A stretch of 64,000 nt of DNA from Desulfomonilia bacterium (GTDB lineage Bacteria > Desulfobacterota > Desulfomonilia > UBA1062): NCBI GenBank assembly GCA_050014195.1, contig JBEKDT010000011.1, forward strand, positions 1-64,000, given 5' to 3'. The position numbers were made by a program, and so were the translations under genes. Positions 1 to 9,803 of the stretch are shown here, in pieces. Every line of letters begins with the position of its first letter. The stretch's first letter is position 1. The notes beneath the pieces are model-generated. The model did not search any database, was not told the DNA's origin, and worked only from the letters and a program-made list of their open reading frames with translations.

Positions 1-1000
1 TCAGGGTGCCGGTTTTATCGGAGCAGATCACGTTCATGCTGCCGAAGTTTTCAATCGAGGCGAGCCGTTTGACAATGACCTTTTTTTGAGCCATCCGTTT
101 GGCCCCATGGGCGAGGTTGATGCTGATGATCGCCGGTAACAATTGCGGGGTCAGCCCGACAGCGAGTGCCAGGGAAAAGAGAAAGGAGTCCAGGACCGGA
201 CGTACCAAGTAGACGTTGATGGCAAAGATGACCACCACCAGCACCAGCGTGACCTCCATGAGAAAATAGCCGAATCGCCGTATGCCGTGCTCAAATTCCG
301 TTTCAAGCGGCCTGAGTTTTAACCGCTCAGACACCTTGCCGAATTCGGTTTCCTTGCCTGTGCTTATAACAAGGGCCTGTGCACTGCCACTCACCACATG
401 GGTCCCCATCCAAAGCGCGTTTGTCCTCTGCCCAAGCGGTGTCTCGGCCGCCAATACAGTGGCGCTTTTTTCTACAGGGAACGTTTCACCGGTCAGCATT
501 GCTTCATCGACAAAAAGATCTTTGGATTCCAGAATCAGACAGTCACCGGGAACGATATCACCAGCGCCCAAGATGACAATATCTCCGGGAACAATCCCTT
601 CAACCGGGATTTCTTTGGGGCCTCCGTCACGAAGCACTGAAGCCTTGATTTGCACAATGGCCAGTAACTTCTCTACAGCGTTTGCCGCACCGCGTTCCTG
701 CCAGAACCCGAGTAAGCCGCTGACGAGAACAATGGTGAGAATAATAAAGGCATCGACAGGATCATGTAAAAAGAATGACAATCCCGTTGCAAAGAAAAGC
801 AGGAGAATAAGCGGACTCTTGAATTGAGCAAGGAGGAGTGTAAGTACATCTGTCCGCTTTGGCGGCTTCAGGAGATTGGAACCATGCTGCGCGAGCCGCT
901 GTCTCGCTTCATCACCGGTCAATCCTTTATTTGTTGTATTCAGTTGCTGGAGCATCTCCATCGTGGAGTGACTCCAAAAGGTCTGCGGGTTTTGGTTCAT
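1..1000 (-). CDS. mgtA: Mg2+-translocating P-type ATPase, 5' part (runs off window; absent from ORF track)
   Basis: Manual translation from ATG at 1000: MNQNPQTFWS...GLTGDEARQRL...DEAMLTGETFPVEK...GLTPQLLP...IENFGSMNVICSDKTGTL (phosphorylation motif DKTGT); GAAGGTGG RBS upstream. Confidence 0.85.
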   Translation of the reverse strand, partial: MNQNPQTFWSHSTMEMLQQLNTTNKGLTGDEARQRLAQHGSNLLKPPKRTDVLTLLLAQFKSPLILLLFFATGLSFFLHDPVDAFIILTIVLVSGLLGFWQERGAANAVEKLLAIVQIKASVLRDGGPKEIPVEGIVPGDIVILGAGDIVPGDCLILESKDLFVDEAMLTGETFPVEKSATVLAAETPLGQRTNALWMGTHVVSGSAQALVISTGKETEFGKVSERLKLRPLETEFEHGIRRFGYFLMEVTLVLVVVIFAINVYLVRPVLDSFLFSLALAVGLTPQLLPAIISINLAHGAKRMAQKKVIVKRLASIENFGSMNVICSDKTGTL

Positions 1001-1084
1001 ACGTTATCCACCTTCACCATGTTTCCGTGTGGCGGGTAAAGACACGCCAGTCAGTAATGTTATCAGTTCTCATGGAACCTCTCA

Positions 1085-3247
1085 CTAAACGTGCAGAGCT
1101 TTGTTTATCTTGGATAGGACCGCTTTCTGGTGATTTGACATGGATGTCCCTGATAAAATAATCTTTTTGGCAACCGTCAGAGCGGTTTTACGTTCCTTCG
1201 GAGTTGTGATTAACTTTGATAGTGACGTGAATGCCTTGTCTTCATCGGTCTGGAGTATGCGGGACTGTTCCTGTGCGATGTGAATAAAATTTTTTTTATT
1301 CAGTCTCTTGAACCTTGCGCTTGACTCCATGAGTCTTTCATCCTGGTACAAGGCATCCCGATCGATGGCATGGTCCGAATCCTCCAGTGCCATAACAATG
1401 CGGATAATGCCTTCCTCATAGCCGCCCTTTTCCATGGCGCCGTACCAGTGTTGCTTATCTTTTTGAATCTGCACATCTTCTTTCATTTTTTCTTTTTTTT
1501 GTTCTTTGCGCGGCTTCCTTTTCTGTGATGTTTCGGGGAATAGCAGCTTCATCCAGGGGTTTTCATAAATGGCGAAAAACAGGGTTTCATCGAGATGGTC
1601 TCGAATGTTCTGGTAGCTGTCAAGAATGGTCACAATGTTATCCGAGACATTCTTTTCAAGTGTCAGGAATGGGTTATCCGGGAAAACCATGCTGCGGTTC
1701 TTTTTCACAACAGGTGCTAGAGTCCTGAAAATCAGCATGAACGGGTTTATCTTGTCTGAAAAGATATATTTGTTCACCCGAAGCGGATGAAGCTGTTTCA
1801 TGATCTCGGCAGACGTTTCCGTGGAAAACATCTTCACCCAGGGGCTTAAGAAGGTGTTGTACATCAAGTCGTTCATCTCTGAAACAGCTGCAACCCGGCT
1901 GAAGTCAGCATCTTCCTCTTTCATCACCTCCTTGCCCTCGTTCAGGGCCATGAGATCCTTGATGTCGCGCTCTTCGAAGCGGACATCGTAATCGGACACA
2001 CCTTCTTTTTTCCCCTTATCGACTATGATCATTTCATAGAGGCCAGGCGGCAGTGCCTCGATGATATCGATGCTTTTAATGATCTCCATATGCTCCTTTT
2101 TTGCTGTCTTGCTCCCGACGAATATGCCCAGGTGACCGACATCCGGGTGAATCATATAGATGATCACCTTGCCCTGTTGCTTGATCTCCTTCACCGAAAC
2201 ATATTCCTTGATGATCCAGTCCAGGGCCTGCTGAGGTGGTGTGATGTTGTCTCCCTCGGATGCAAACAGGAGCATGGGCCTTTTTATGTCTTTTAGATTG
2301 AGGATCTTTTTTCTGTCCAGGGATAGCTTGCCCTTCTCCAGTTTGTCGCCCACAAAAAGGTTCTCCACTGTGGAATGCATCTCCTCTTTGGTCATTTCGG
2401 AGTACCCATCCCACCATTTCTCAAAGGTGAGGTATTTTTCTTCATCGGTATCCACATTGGAATAGAGATTATACTGCTTTGTCCAAAGAGTATTCCCGGG
2501 ATTAAGGCTTTCAAAGTTCTCCTCGAGCCATGCGCCGTCGAAATTCCCGTTGCCCAAGTCTGATAAGAGTGAGGTAAGCCAAATCCCACCAAGCAGTCCG
2601 CCCGCATATCGCATCGGGTTTTTTCCTTGAACCCCTGACCAGAACGCAAGGGGTGAGCCGTTAAGTACCAGAGGGCCGGTCAAGTCAGGCCGGTCGGCAC
2701 CAAGTAGTGCAACAGCCCAGCCTGCCTGGCAGTTGCCGATCACCGCTGGCTTTTCAGCCTTTGGATGAAGCCGGGTAACCTCTTCGATAAAGCGGATCTC
2801 TGCTTTTTCAACATCTCCCAGCGTCTGTCCCGGCACGGGCTCTGGATGGAAGAGGACGAAATAGACTGGGTGCCCTTGGGCCAGAGCATCGCCGATTTCG
2901 GAATCCTGTTTGGAGCCGCCGATGCCCGGGCCGTTTCCAGCCCTGGGGTCGATGACGATGATAGGCCGTTTTTCAGGGTCAATGATATCCGTTTTTCTCG
3001 GTAAGATACTGGCCAGGTCATAGTTCACCGGCCTGTTGAAGGTCCGGCCCTCCAAGATAACCTTATAGTCGAAGACAAGAACCGGTGGTTCTCCTTTTTT
3101 AATTGTTTCAAAATAATTATTCCCTCGTTTCCGAAGGATATCCATAAAAAGAATCCAACGCTGGCTTGAATCAAGCCAATATTCGTAAGCATCTTTCATC
3201 GCCTCGAATGCCATATTCGGGTTTTTAGAATTCTTATTTTCATTCAT
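1085..3247 (-). CDS. DUF3141 family alpha/beta-hydrolase (PHA synthase-like)
   Basis: IDPRAGNGPGIGG, GNCQAGW nucleophile box, DNITPPQQAL, VGHLGIFV motifs. Confidence 0.85.
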   Translation of the reverse strand: MNENKNSKNPNMAFEAMKDAYEYWLDSSQRWILFMDILRKRGNNYFETIKKGEPPVLVFDYKVILEGRTFNRPVNYDLASILPRKTDIIDPEKRPIIVIDPRAGNGPGIGGSKQDSEIGDALAQGHPVYFVLFHPEPVPGQTLGDVEKAEIRFIEEVTRLHPKAEKPAVIGNCQAGWAVALLGADRPDLTGPLVLNGSPLAFWSGVQGKNPMRYAGGLLGGIWLTSLLSDLGNGNFDGAWLEENFESLNPGNTLWTKQYNLYSNVDTDEEKYLTFEKWWDGYSEMTKEEMHSTVENLFVGDKLEKGKLSLDRKKILNLKDIKRPMLLFASEGDNITPPQQALDWIIKEYVSVKEIKQQGKVIIYMIHPDVGHLGIFVGSKTAKKEHMEIIKSIDIIEALPPGLYEMIIVDKGKKEGVSDYDVRFEERDIKDLMALNEGKEVMKEEDADFSRVAAVSEMNDLMYNTFLSPWVKMFSTETSAEIMKQLHPLRVNKYIFSDKINPFMLIFRTLAPVVKKNRSMVFPDNPFLTLEKNVSDNIVTILDSYQNIRDHLDETLFFAIYENPWMKLLFPETSQKRKPRKEQKKEKMKEDVQIQKDKQHWYGAMEKGGYEEGIIRIVMALEDSDHAIDRDALYQDERLMESSARFKRLNKKNFIHIAQEQSRILQTDEDKAFTSLSKLITTPKERKTALTVAKKIILSGTSMSNHQKAVLSKINKALHV

Positions 3248-3250
3248 AGC

Positions 3251-4159
3251 TTACTCCATTCGGTGGCTCACCAAGGCAGCGACTGCACATGAAATCAGTC
3301 GGGCCCTGGGTGGGTCGGACCGGGATGTGAGAATGATCGGCACCTTTGTGCCTACGACGAAACCAGCCATCTGTGCCCCGGCCAGATACTCAAGGTCCTT
3401 GCCCAGGATGTTGCCCGAAACCAGGTCCGGCACCACCAGGATGTCGACGTCGCCTGATACGGGGCTGTTGATCCCCTTGACCCTTGCCGACTCGGCTGAG
3501 ATGGCATTGTCAAAGGCGAGCGGTCCATCCACGATAGCCCCTTCTATCTGCCCCCTGTCTGCCATCTTTGCGAGACATGCCGCATCGATGGTGGAGGGGA
3601 TGGCCGGGTTGACAACCTCCACTGCCGATAAGGCCGCCACTTTTGGTTTTTCCACTCCCAGCAGACGGGCAATATCAACCGCATTCTGCACAATGTGCAT
3701 CTTGGTGGAGAGATCCGGACTGATGTTAATGGCGGCATCGGTGATGTACAGAAGTTTGGGATACGTCTTCAGGTCTGCCAGGAACACATGGGAGATTCGT
3801 TTTTTCCCCTGGAGATGATGGGCGAGGATGGGGTGAAGAAATTCGTCTGTATGGATATGACCTTTCATCAGGGCCTTGACCTCACCCTTTTCAAAGAGCT
3901 CTACGCCCTTCTCAGCCATTGCATCCTCTAATGGGGCATGGATAATACGAAATTGCTTTGTGCAGGTGATGGTCTTTAAGATATTTCGAATACTATTTTC
4001 ATCCCCGATTAAAATGGGATCGACATAACCGGCCTCGGCCGCCTCACAAGCGCCTTCCAGCACATGCTGCTCATCCGCATTTATGACGGCAATGGGCATG
4101 GCCCTCAGTCCTTTAACAGCCTTAAGCATGTCCTCAAATGTGGCAAATTCAACGCTCAT
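3251..4159 (-). CDS. Phosphate acetyl/butyryltransferase
   Basis: LMKGHIHT, TDAAINI, DGPLAFDNAIS, GNILGK, PIILTSRSD. Confidence 0.9.
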   Translation of the reverse strand: MSVEFATFEDMLKAVKGLRAMPIAVINADEQHVLEGACEAAEAGYVDPILIGDENSIRNILKTITCTKQFRIIHAPLEDAMAEKGVELFEKGEVKALMKGHIHTDEFLHPILAHHLQGKKRISHVFLADLKTYPKLLYITDAAINISPDLSTKMHIVQNAVDIARLLGVEKPKVAALSAVEVVNPAIPSTIDAACLAKMADRGQIEGAIVDGPLAFDNAISAESARVKGINSPVSGDVDILVVPDLVSGNILGKDLEYLAGAQMAGFVVGTKVPIILTSRSDPPRARLISCAVAALVSHRME

Positions 4160-5343
4160 GGTCTATCTCCTTGCCTGCCTTTTAAGAGCAGTGCCAGGGT
4201 ATGCCGGGCAATCATCAGGTCTTCGTTGGTGGGAATCACCCGCACGGTGCAGGGACTATTGTTCGTAGAGATGATTCCTGCATTGGCATCGTTATTCATA
4301 GGGTCAAGACGTATTCCAAGATGATCGAGACTGTGGCAGATCATCCATCTCACCGGTGCGGCCCTCTCACCAATACCACCGGTGAACACCAGGGTATCCA
4401 GGCCGCCAAGGACAGCCGATAGTGCCCCAATATACTTGCGTGCCGTATAGCAGAAAAGCTCTATTGCCTCTCCGGCATGCGGTTGTGTTGTGCGTTGATC
4501 CAGAAGAGTTTTCATATCGGAGCTGATCCCGGAGACCCCGATGAGCCCTGAACGCTGGTTGAGCAGCCTTTCGAGCTGACGGGCATCATAGCCTTTCTCG
4601 TCCATGAGGTAGAGCAGGATGCCCGGATCAAGATCACCGCATCTCGTGCCCATCATGAGCCCGCCCAGGGCAGAGAACCCCATGGTGGTGTCCTGGGGGT
4701 GTCCGTCTTTCAGGGCCGCCATGCTGGCACCGCTGCCCAGATGGGCAATGATGACCCGTCCTTTCGTGTCGCTGCCCAGGGCACTGACTATGTATTCATA
4801 GGAAAGACCATGGAACCCATAGCGATGTATCCCTTCATGCCAGAGGCTGCGTACGATCGGCAGCCACTGGGCCACCTCCGGTATCCGGCGGTGAAAGGCG
4901 GTATCAAAGCAGACTACCTGGCTGAGTTTCGGGTAGTGCTCGGCTACTGCATCAATGCCTTTGATCTCACTGGGCAGGTGCAAGGGGGCCAAGGGGATGA
5001 GGCTTCTCAGGGTGAGCATCAGTTCGGGTGTCACCACTTCAGGGGCCATGTGTTTCGGCCCTCCATGGACCAGTCGGTGCCCGACCGCATCCGGGGCTGG
5101 AAGATGCTGCTCCTCTATGGCCGTGGTGAACATCGCCTTGACTGCCTCTTTGTGGTCGGAAAAATCCGGGTGGCTGTCCACAAGTCGTTTCCCTTGGCCA
5201 TCCTTCAGCCAGAGCCAGCCGCCTGACAGACCGATCCGTTCCACCGCCCCTTCGGCTATGAGTTTCTCGGTTGTATCGATAAGGTACATGGCAAACTTCA
5301 TGGATGAAGAGCCGCTGTTGATACAGAGGATATGGTGTTTCAT
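4156..5343 (-). CDS. ackA: Acetate/propionate kinase
   Basis: INSGSSSMK, GHRLVHGG, FDTAFH, YGFHGLSY, MGTRCGDLDPG, FTGGIGE, TNED; 4-nt overlap with pta. Confidence 0.95.
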   Translation of the reverse strand: MKHHILCINSGSSSMKFAMYLIDTTEKLIAEGAVERIGLSGGWLWLKDGQGKRLVDSHPDFSDHKEAVKAMFTTAIEEQHLPAPDAVGHRLVHGGPKHMAPEVVTPELMLTLRSLIPLAPLHLPSEIKGIDAVAEHYPKLSQVVCFDTAFHRRIPEVAQWLPIVRSLWHEGIHRYGFHGLSYEYIVSALGSDTKGRVIIAHLGSGASMAALKDGHPQDTTMGFSALGGLMMGTRCGDLDPGILLYLMDEKGYDARQLERLLNQRSGLIGVSGISSDMKTLLDQRTTQPHAGEAIELFCYTARKYIGALSAVLGGLDTLVFTGGIGERAAPVRWMICHSLDHLGIRLDPMNNDANAGIISTNNSPCTVRVIPTNEDLMIARHTLALLLKGRQGDRP

Positions 5344-5665
5344 GTGAGGGTCCTTTAAAATATTCTGCTCATGTACAAAGTCTAAAATGATTGTGAAAAG
5401 GTTTACCTTTAACCCGATCTGGAAAAGATCGAAAGTAATACTTCCTCTTGAGCGTTAACTATCTTATGTCTTCAGCGTTAATAGCCCGAGAATCGACAAA
5501 GTCAAGAGATTGTTTAACTTCTCGATATATCCTTCTCGCAGCACAAGCCTCGGACTTTCATGCATGCCAGCGTATGTTTTTTCAGGATTCTTGGTGAGAT
5601 CATTGCCGGCCGGATCTTTCCCATTTGTATCGCAGAGTATATATAAGAGATATCCTTTGTTATCC

Positions 5666-6316
5666 TTATTTTTCCCCGGGCATGATTTTTTTGCCAAACC
5701 CTGATATTGCATCACCCATGCTTTTCAGGCCCTTGCCGACCTCTTCGGATACATATCCTGTGCCTTGGACAAGTTTGCCAGAGACCTCGCGTCCTAGGCT
5801 GATTGCTTTCGATGCGCCAGCATCTAGTTTATGGCCTGACCATTTTGCTGCCAGTTCTAAATGTTCTGCCGCAGAATTAAGCGCATGACCGGCCTCTTTT
5901 GTTTCTTTCTTGGCCCATGAATCAGATGCCTTTAGATAGTAATTATTGGCTAATGCATGCTCAGCCCTGGAAAATGCATCTTTTAGTTTCTTGTCTGATT
6001 TTACAGCCCCCTTTTCAACTTCATCTGCCATCTTGTCCAATTCCTGGTAAGAGGCCGTTAAGCCTTTTTTGCCTTCATCACTGGCAGATTCTGCCTCTTT
6101 CTTTAAATATTCCGCACCTTTTCGTATTTCAGCAGCAGATGCCTTGAACTCCTTTTTAAGAAAGAACTCATGGGCCTTTTGAAAGTCGACCTTTGGCCCT
6201 ACTGTCTTGCTTTGGGTCTCTATTGCAGTCTGAGAGTATGCTGCCGGGGCAACAGCCACTTGACTAAAGACAATAATTACAAACAACCCTGCCATCAAAA
6301 ATATTTTATGTGCCAT
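5666..6316 (-). CDS. Exported helical protein of unknown function (possibly YfdX-like)
   Basis: Signal peptide, AAGGAGG RBS, Ala/Lys/Glu-rich with two loosely repeated helical segments. Confidence 0.65.
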   Translation of the reverse strand: MAHKIFLMAGLFVIIVFSQVAVAPAAYSQTAIETQSKTVGPKVDFQKAHEFFLKKEFKASAAEIRKGAEYLKKEAESASDEGKKGLTASYQELDKMADEVEKGAVKSDKKLKDAFSRAEHALANNYYLKASDSWAKKETKEAGHALNSAAEHLELAAKWSGHKLDAGASKAISLGREVSGKLVQGTGYVSEEVGKGLKSMGDAISGFGKKIMPGEK

Positions 6317-6604
6317 TTTAAAACCTCCTTTTTATGAATATCTGAGATTTGTCTTTCCAGATAAATATTGAACTCCTGTTTCATAGTAAGTCTGCTCAAT
6401 CCTTAGTCAAGTCCTCCCATTTCTTTATAATAGCATTTCCAATACAAGCCCAATGCTGCTAAAAGACCCTTTGATGGATGTATTGTTGTAGAGATATCTA
6501 TGGATTACGTCCCAAAGGTCACGCTCTAAAATTGTGTGATTAGTTACGGAGGTTTCAACTAAGATTGTTGAAAAAACTTTAAATACAGGTTTTGATGTTT
6601 GTAA

Positions 6605-7696
6605 CTATTGAGTGGCGTACTTCTTTAAGAATGTAACCCTCTTCTGCGTAATCTTGTCTATCGCATCCGTCAGGGCCATGACATGGAAACCATTGTGAAC
6701 GAGATAGAGCTGTGCCCCTGGTATTGCATTGGCGGCCCGTGCAGCATCCGCCACAGAGACAACTGCATCGTCGGTCCCATGGATAATCAAGGTGGGCGCC
6801 TTGATTTTATCGAGAGGAAGATCTTTCACCTTCTTGAGCTGCTCCACATCGTTCTCCATGCCATCTCTGCGGAGATACCCAGGACTCATGCTGTTCGTAA
6901 GGTCCTTGAGCACCTTCACCCTTCGCGGATCATGCATGATATCATCCATCAGCTTCTGTGCTGCCGCTTTATCAAGAGTGCTTTCCATCTCGATGGTCGA
7001 CATGCCGATGAGCCGTGGTGCAATCCGCCCGGTGACCTCAGAGGTCCAGAGGAACGGATCATTGTACATCAGGTATCCGAAGTAGATCTTTTCCTCCAGG
7101 TTCTCGGAACTGACAACCCATTTCTGGGTCACTGCACATTCAAGGATCAGTGCCCTGATACGCTTCGGGTGCCGGGTAGCGAAATAGACAGCCACCGGTC
7201 CTCCGGCCGAATACCCGAGAACAGCGGCCTGTTTGATGCCCAACTCATCCATGAGGGCTGCTGCAATATCGGCCTGCTCCTGAAAAGACCTGCCATCCTG
7301 CACCGGAGTGCGCAGATAACCGGGACGGGACCAGCTGAGAATTCGCAACCCTTTTCCGAACATGTCGCTGAACAGGGCTGCAGTCTGGTCATAACCGCCC
7401 GGATCTCCGTGCATGATCATGAGATACGGCCCGCTGTGCCCATTGATGGTATATTCTACAGGTCCTTTCCTGGTGTATACAAGCGAGCTTCCATCGGTGA
7501 GCTCCCGTATTAGGGCCTCCTTCCATCGAGTATACGGCCCATATTCTTCCCTGGCCCTTGAAAGGATCCGCCATTTCGGCAGCTCCTTTTCACCAGTGGC
7601 TGATTTGTACATCTCCTGCTCTGTTATGCATGACCCTAAGAGCAGAGCCAGCGATATGAGGCATACATTAAAGAACCTGGAAGGCTTCATCTTCAT
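6605..7696 (-). CDS. Alpha/beta hydrolase lipoprotein
   Basis: Lipobox LLGSC; HGDPG oxyanion motif, GYSAGG nucleophile elbow, HGTDD, GFH. Confidence 0.85.
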   Translation of the reverse strand: MKMKPSRFFNVCLISLALLLGSCITEQEMYKSATGEKELPKWRILSRAREEYGPYTRWKEALIRELTDGSSLVYTRKGPVEYTINGHSGPYLMIMHGDPGGYDQTAALFSDMFGKGLRILSWSRPGYLRTPVQDGRSFQEQADIAAALMDELGIKQAAVLGYSAGGPVAVYFATRHPKRIRALILECAVTQKWVVSSENLEEKIYFGYLMYNDPFLWTSEVTGRIAPRLIGMSTIEMESTLDKAAAQKLMDDIMHDPRRVKVLKDLTNSMSPGYLRRDGMENDVEQLKKVKDLPLDKIKAPTLIIHGTDDAVVSVADAARAANAIPGAQLYLVHNGFHVMALTDAIDKITQKRVTFLKKYATQ

Positions 7697-7850
7697 TTCA
7701 ACCTTTATTCTTTGAAAAGGGAGCCAATTGCAAAACTCATAGTTAGCGATAATATTACATCAAGCAGGATAAGTATATGAAATAATGATAAGAATGCTCT
7801 ATCCTTTTATTCCGCGACAAACAAAAGGAAGGAGCTATTATGAGCACCTC

Positions 7851-8072
7851 CTCGCCAACGACATGGTGTGGGACAAGGTTGAAGACATCTCGGAGCTGCC
7901 GGATATTATTATCGAGCGCATGAAGCATTACTTTAGCACCAATAAGATAGCGCCCGGCAAAGAGGCTGAGGTCTGGATCGAAGAGCTATACGGCAGAGAG
8001 CGTTCCATCGAGGTGGTGAAAGCCTCCATGGAAGATTACGATGATCTTTTGATGACAATTCAAGATAGTTGA
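7851..8072 (+). pseudogene. C-terminal remnant of family I inorganic pyrophosphatase
   Basis: LANDMVWDKVEDISELPDIIIERMKHYFSTNK...VVKASMEDY resembles the PPase C-terminus; catalytic DxDPxD region absent. Confidence 0.6.
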
Positions 8073-8112
8073 TTTCTTCAAATATCATGTCGTGAACAGA
8101 ACTTAACTCAAT

Positions 8113-8169
8113 CTCATCATGCATCCTTGATTTGAACAATTTGATGATTATTAAAGGTAGGTTCCAATA
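8113..8169 (+). promoter_or_regulatory. Conserved upstream element, copy 1 (before gadB)
   Basis: 48 of 58 aligned columns identical to the reverse complement of 15478-15535. Confidence 0.65.
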
Positions 8170-8264
8170 TAGAAAACGTGGAAAAGCCTAGCTGATCACG
8201 GTCACTCAACGGGAAAACGTCGAGCAGTAACACCGTGGTCTCTTCAAAGTGAAGGGAGACTGAC

Positions 8265-9692
8265 ATGGCACTATATAAACGAGAAGATATTCGCGATCAA
8301 CTAGATACGGATATCTATGGGACGCGGGCGGCGGATGTACCGGTGCCCAAATATCGGATGCCAATGCATGAGCTACGGCCCGACGTTGCACATGCGCTCG
8401 TAAGTGACGAACTCATTCTGGACGGCAATGCCCGGCAAAACCTTGCTACTTTTTGCACGACCTATCTCGACGACGAGATCCACCCGCTGATGGATGCGTC
8501 TATCGACAAGAACATGATTGACAAGGATGAATACCCGGCCACGGCGGAATTGGAAAGCCGATGTGTCCACATTCTCGCTGATCTCTGGAATGTACCCAAG
8601 GCCGCTAGCGCAATCGGATGCTCTACGACCGGGTCAAGCGAAGCTTGTATGCTGGGCGGGTTGGCGCTGAAGTGGAAGTGGCGTGAGCGCATGCAAGCAG
8701 CGGGCAAACCGACAGACAAGCCCAATCTGATCACCGGACCAGTGCAAGTGTGTTGGCACAAGTTTGCTCGCTATTTCGACGTTGAACTGCGGGAGATTCC
8801 GCTGGAGCATGGTCGGCTGGGTATGACACCGGAAGAAGTTCTGAAACGGGTGGATGAGAATACCATCGGTGTGATGCCTACCTTCGGCGTAACATTCACA
8901 TGTCAATACGAGCCGGTAGCAGAAGTGGCCCAGGCGTTGGACCGGCTGGCGCACGAAAAGGGATTGGATGTTCCAATGCATGTGGATGCTGCCTCGGGAG
9001 GCTTCGTAGCACCATTCGTGGAGCCCGACCTGGTGTGGGACTTTCGGATTCCGCGCGTACGTTCCATTAACAGCTCTGGCCATAAATACGGGCTGGCCCC
9101 TCTTGGTGTGGGGTGGGTGGTCTGGCGCGAACAAAGCGATCTGCCGGAAGACTTAATCTTCTGGGTCAATTACCTTGGGGGGAACATGCCCACCTTCGCG
9201 CTGAATTTCTCGCGCCCTGGCGGCCAGATCGTCTCCCAGTATTATCTTTTTCTAAGGCTGGGACGCGAGGGCTACCGGCGCATCCAGCAGAATGCCTACG
9301 ACACCGCGCAATACATAGGGCAGGAGATACGAAAGCTTGGTCCGTTCGAGCTGTTCTTCGACGGCGACAGTAGTAAGGGCATTCCTGCCGTCTCTTGGGT
9401 TATCAAGGATGGCACCGATCCGGGCTACACGTTGTTTGATCTCTCCGATCGGTTACGCATGCGCGGCTGGCAGGCTGCGGCTTACACGATGCTGCCGAAT
9501 ATCACCAACGTGGTGGTGATGCGACTGCTGATCCGGCATGGCTTCAGCCGCGATATGGCGGACATGCTGTTAGAAGACTTTCGGCGTTCGATCAACCACA
9601 TGCAGAAACATCCATCGACCAAGCCGTTGACAGCGGCAGAAGGCACGACCTTCACTCATCACGCCTTGCCGAAGGAAAAGCTACCAACTTGA
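8265..9692 (+). CDS. gadB: Glutamate decarboxylase
   Basis: [50 protein letters not shown] (PLP Lys). Confidence 0.97.
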   Translation: MALYKREDIRDQLDTDIYGTRAADVPVPKYRMPMHELRPDVAHALVSDELILDGNARQNLATFCTTYLDDEIHPLMDASIDKNMIDKDEYPATAELESRCVHILADLWNVPKAASAIGCSTTGSSEACMLGGLALKWKWRERMQAAGKPTDKPNLITGPVQVCWHKFARYFDVELREIPLEHGRLGMTPEEVLKRVDENTIGVMPTFGVTFTCQYEPVAEVAQALDRLAHEKGLDVPMHVDAASGGFVAPFVEPDLVWDFRIPRVRSINSSGHKYGLAPLGVGWVVWREQSDLPEDLIFWVNYLGGNMPTFALNFSRPGGQIVSQYYLFLRLGREGYRRIQQNAYDTAQYIGQEIRKLGPFELFFDGDSSKGIPAVSWVIKDGTDPGYTLFDLSDRLRMRGWQAAAYTMLPNITNVVVMRLLIRHGFSRDMADMLLEDFRRSINHMQKHPSTKPLTAAEGTTFTHHALPKEKLPT

Positions 9693-9803
9693 CAATAAGC
9701 CGGGCGCTCCATCTGGCGGCGTTCTAGCTCCCAGACCATGTCAAGTGTTCGTTAGCTGCGCCATTAACGATATCAAGTGCCAGCGAAGGAAGGAGACGGT
9801 ATA

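Noticed and set aside
282-1161. Plus-strand ORFs of 65-181 aa
   Set aside because: Antisense shadows of mgtA and the DUF3141 3' end; the same applies to most short ORFs nested in long genes
8141-8154. FNR-like box TTGATGATTATTAA
   Set aside because: The second copy of the shared element reads TTGATGATTACTAT and does not keep the FNR dyad
9693-9770. Possible degenerate attC site ending in GTTAGCT
   Set aside because: No matching RYYYAAC, poor dyad symmetry, and no integrase or further sites
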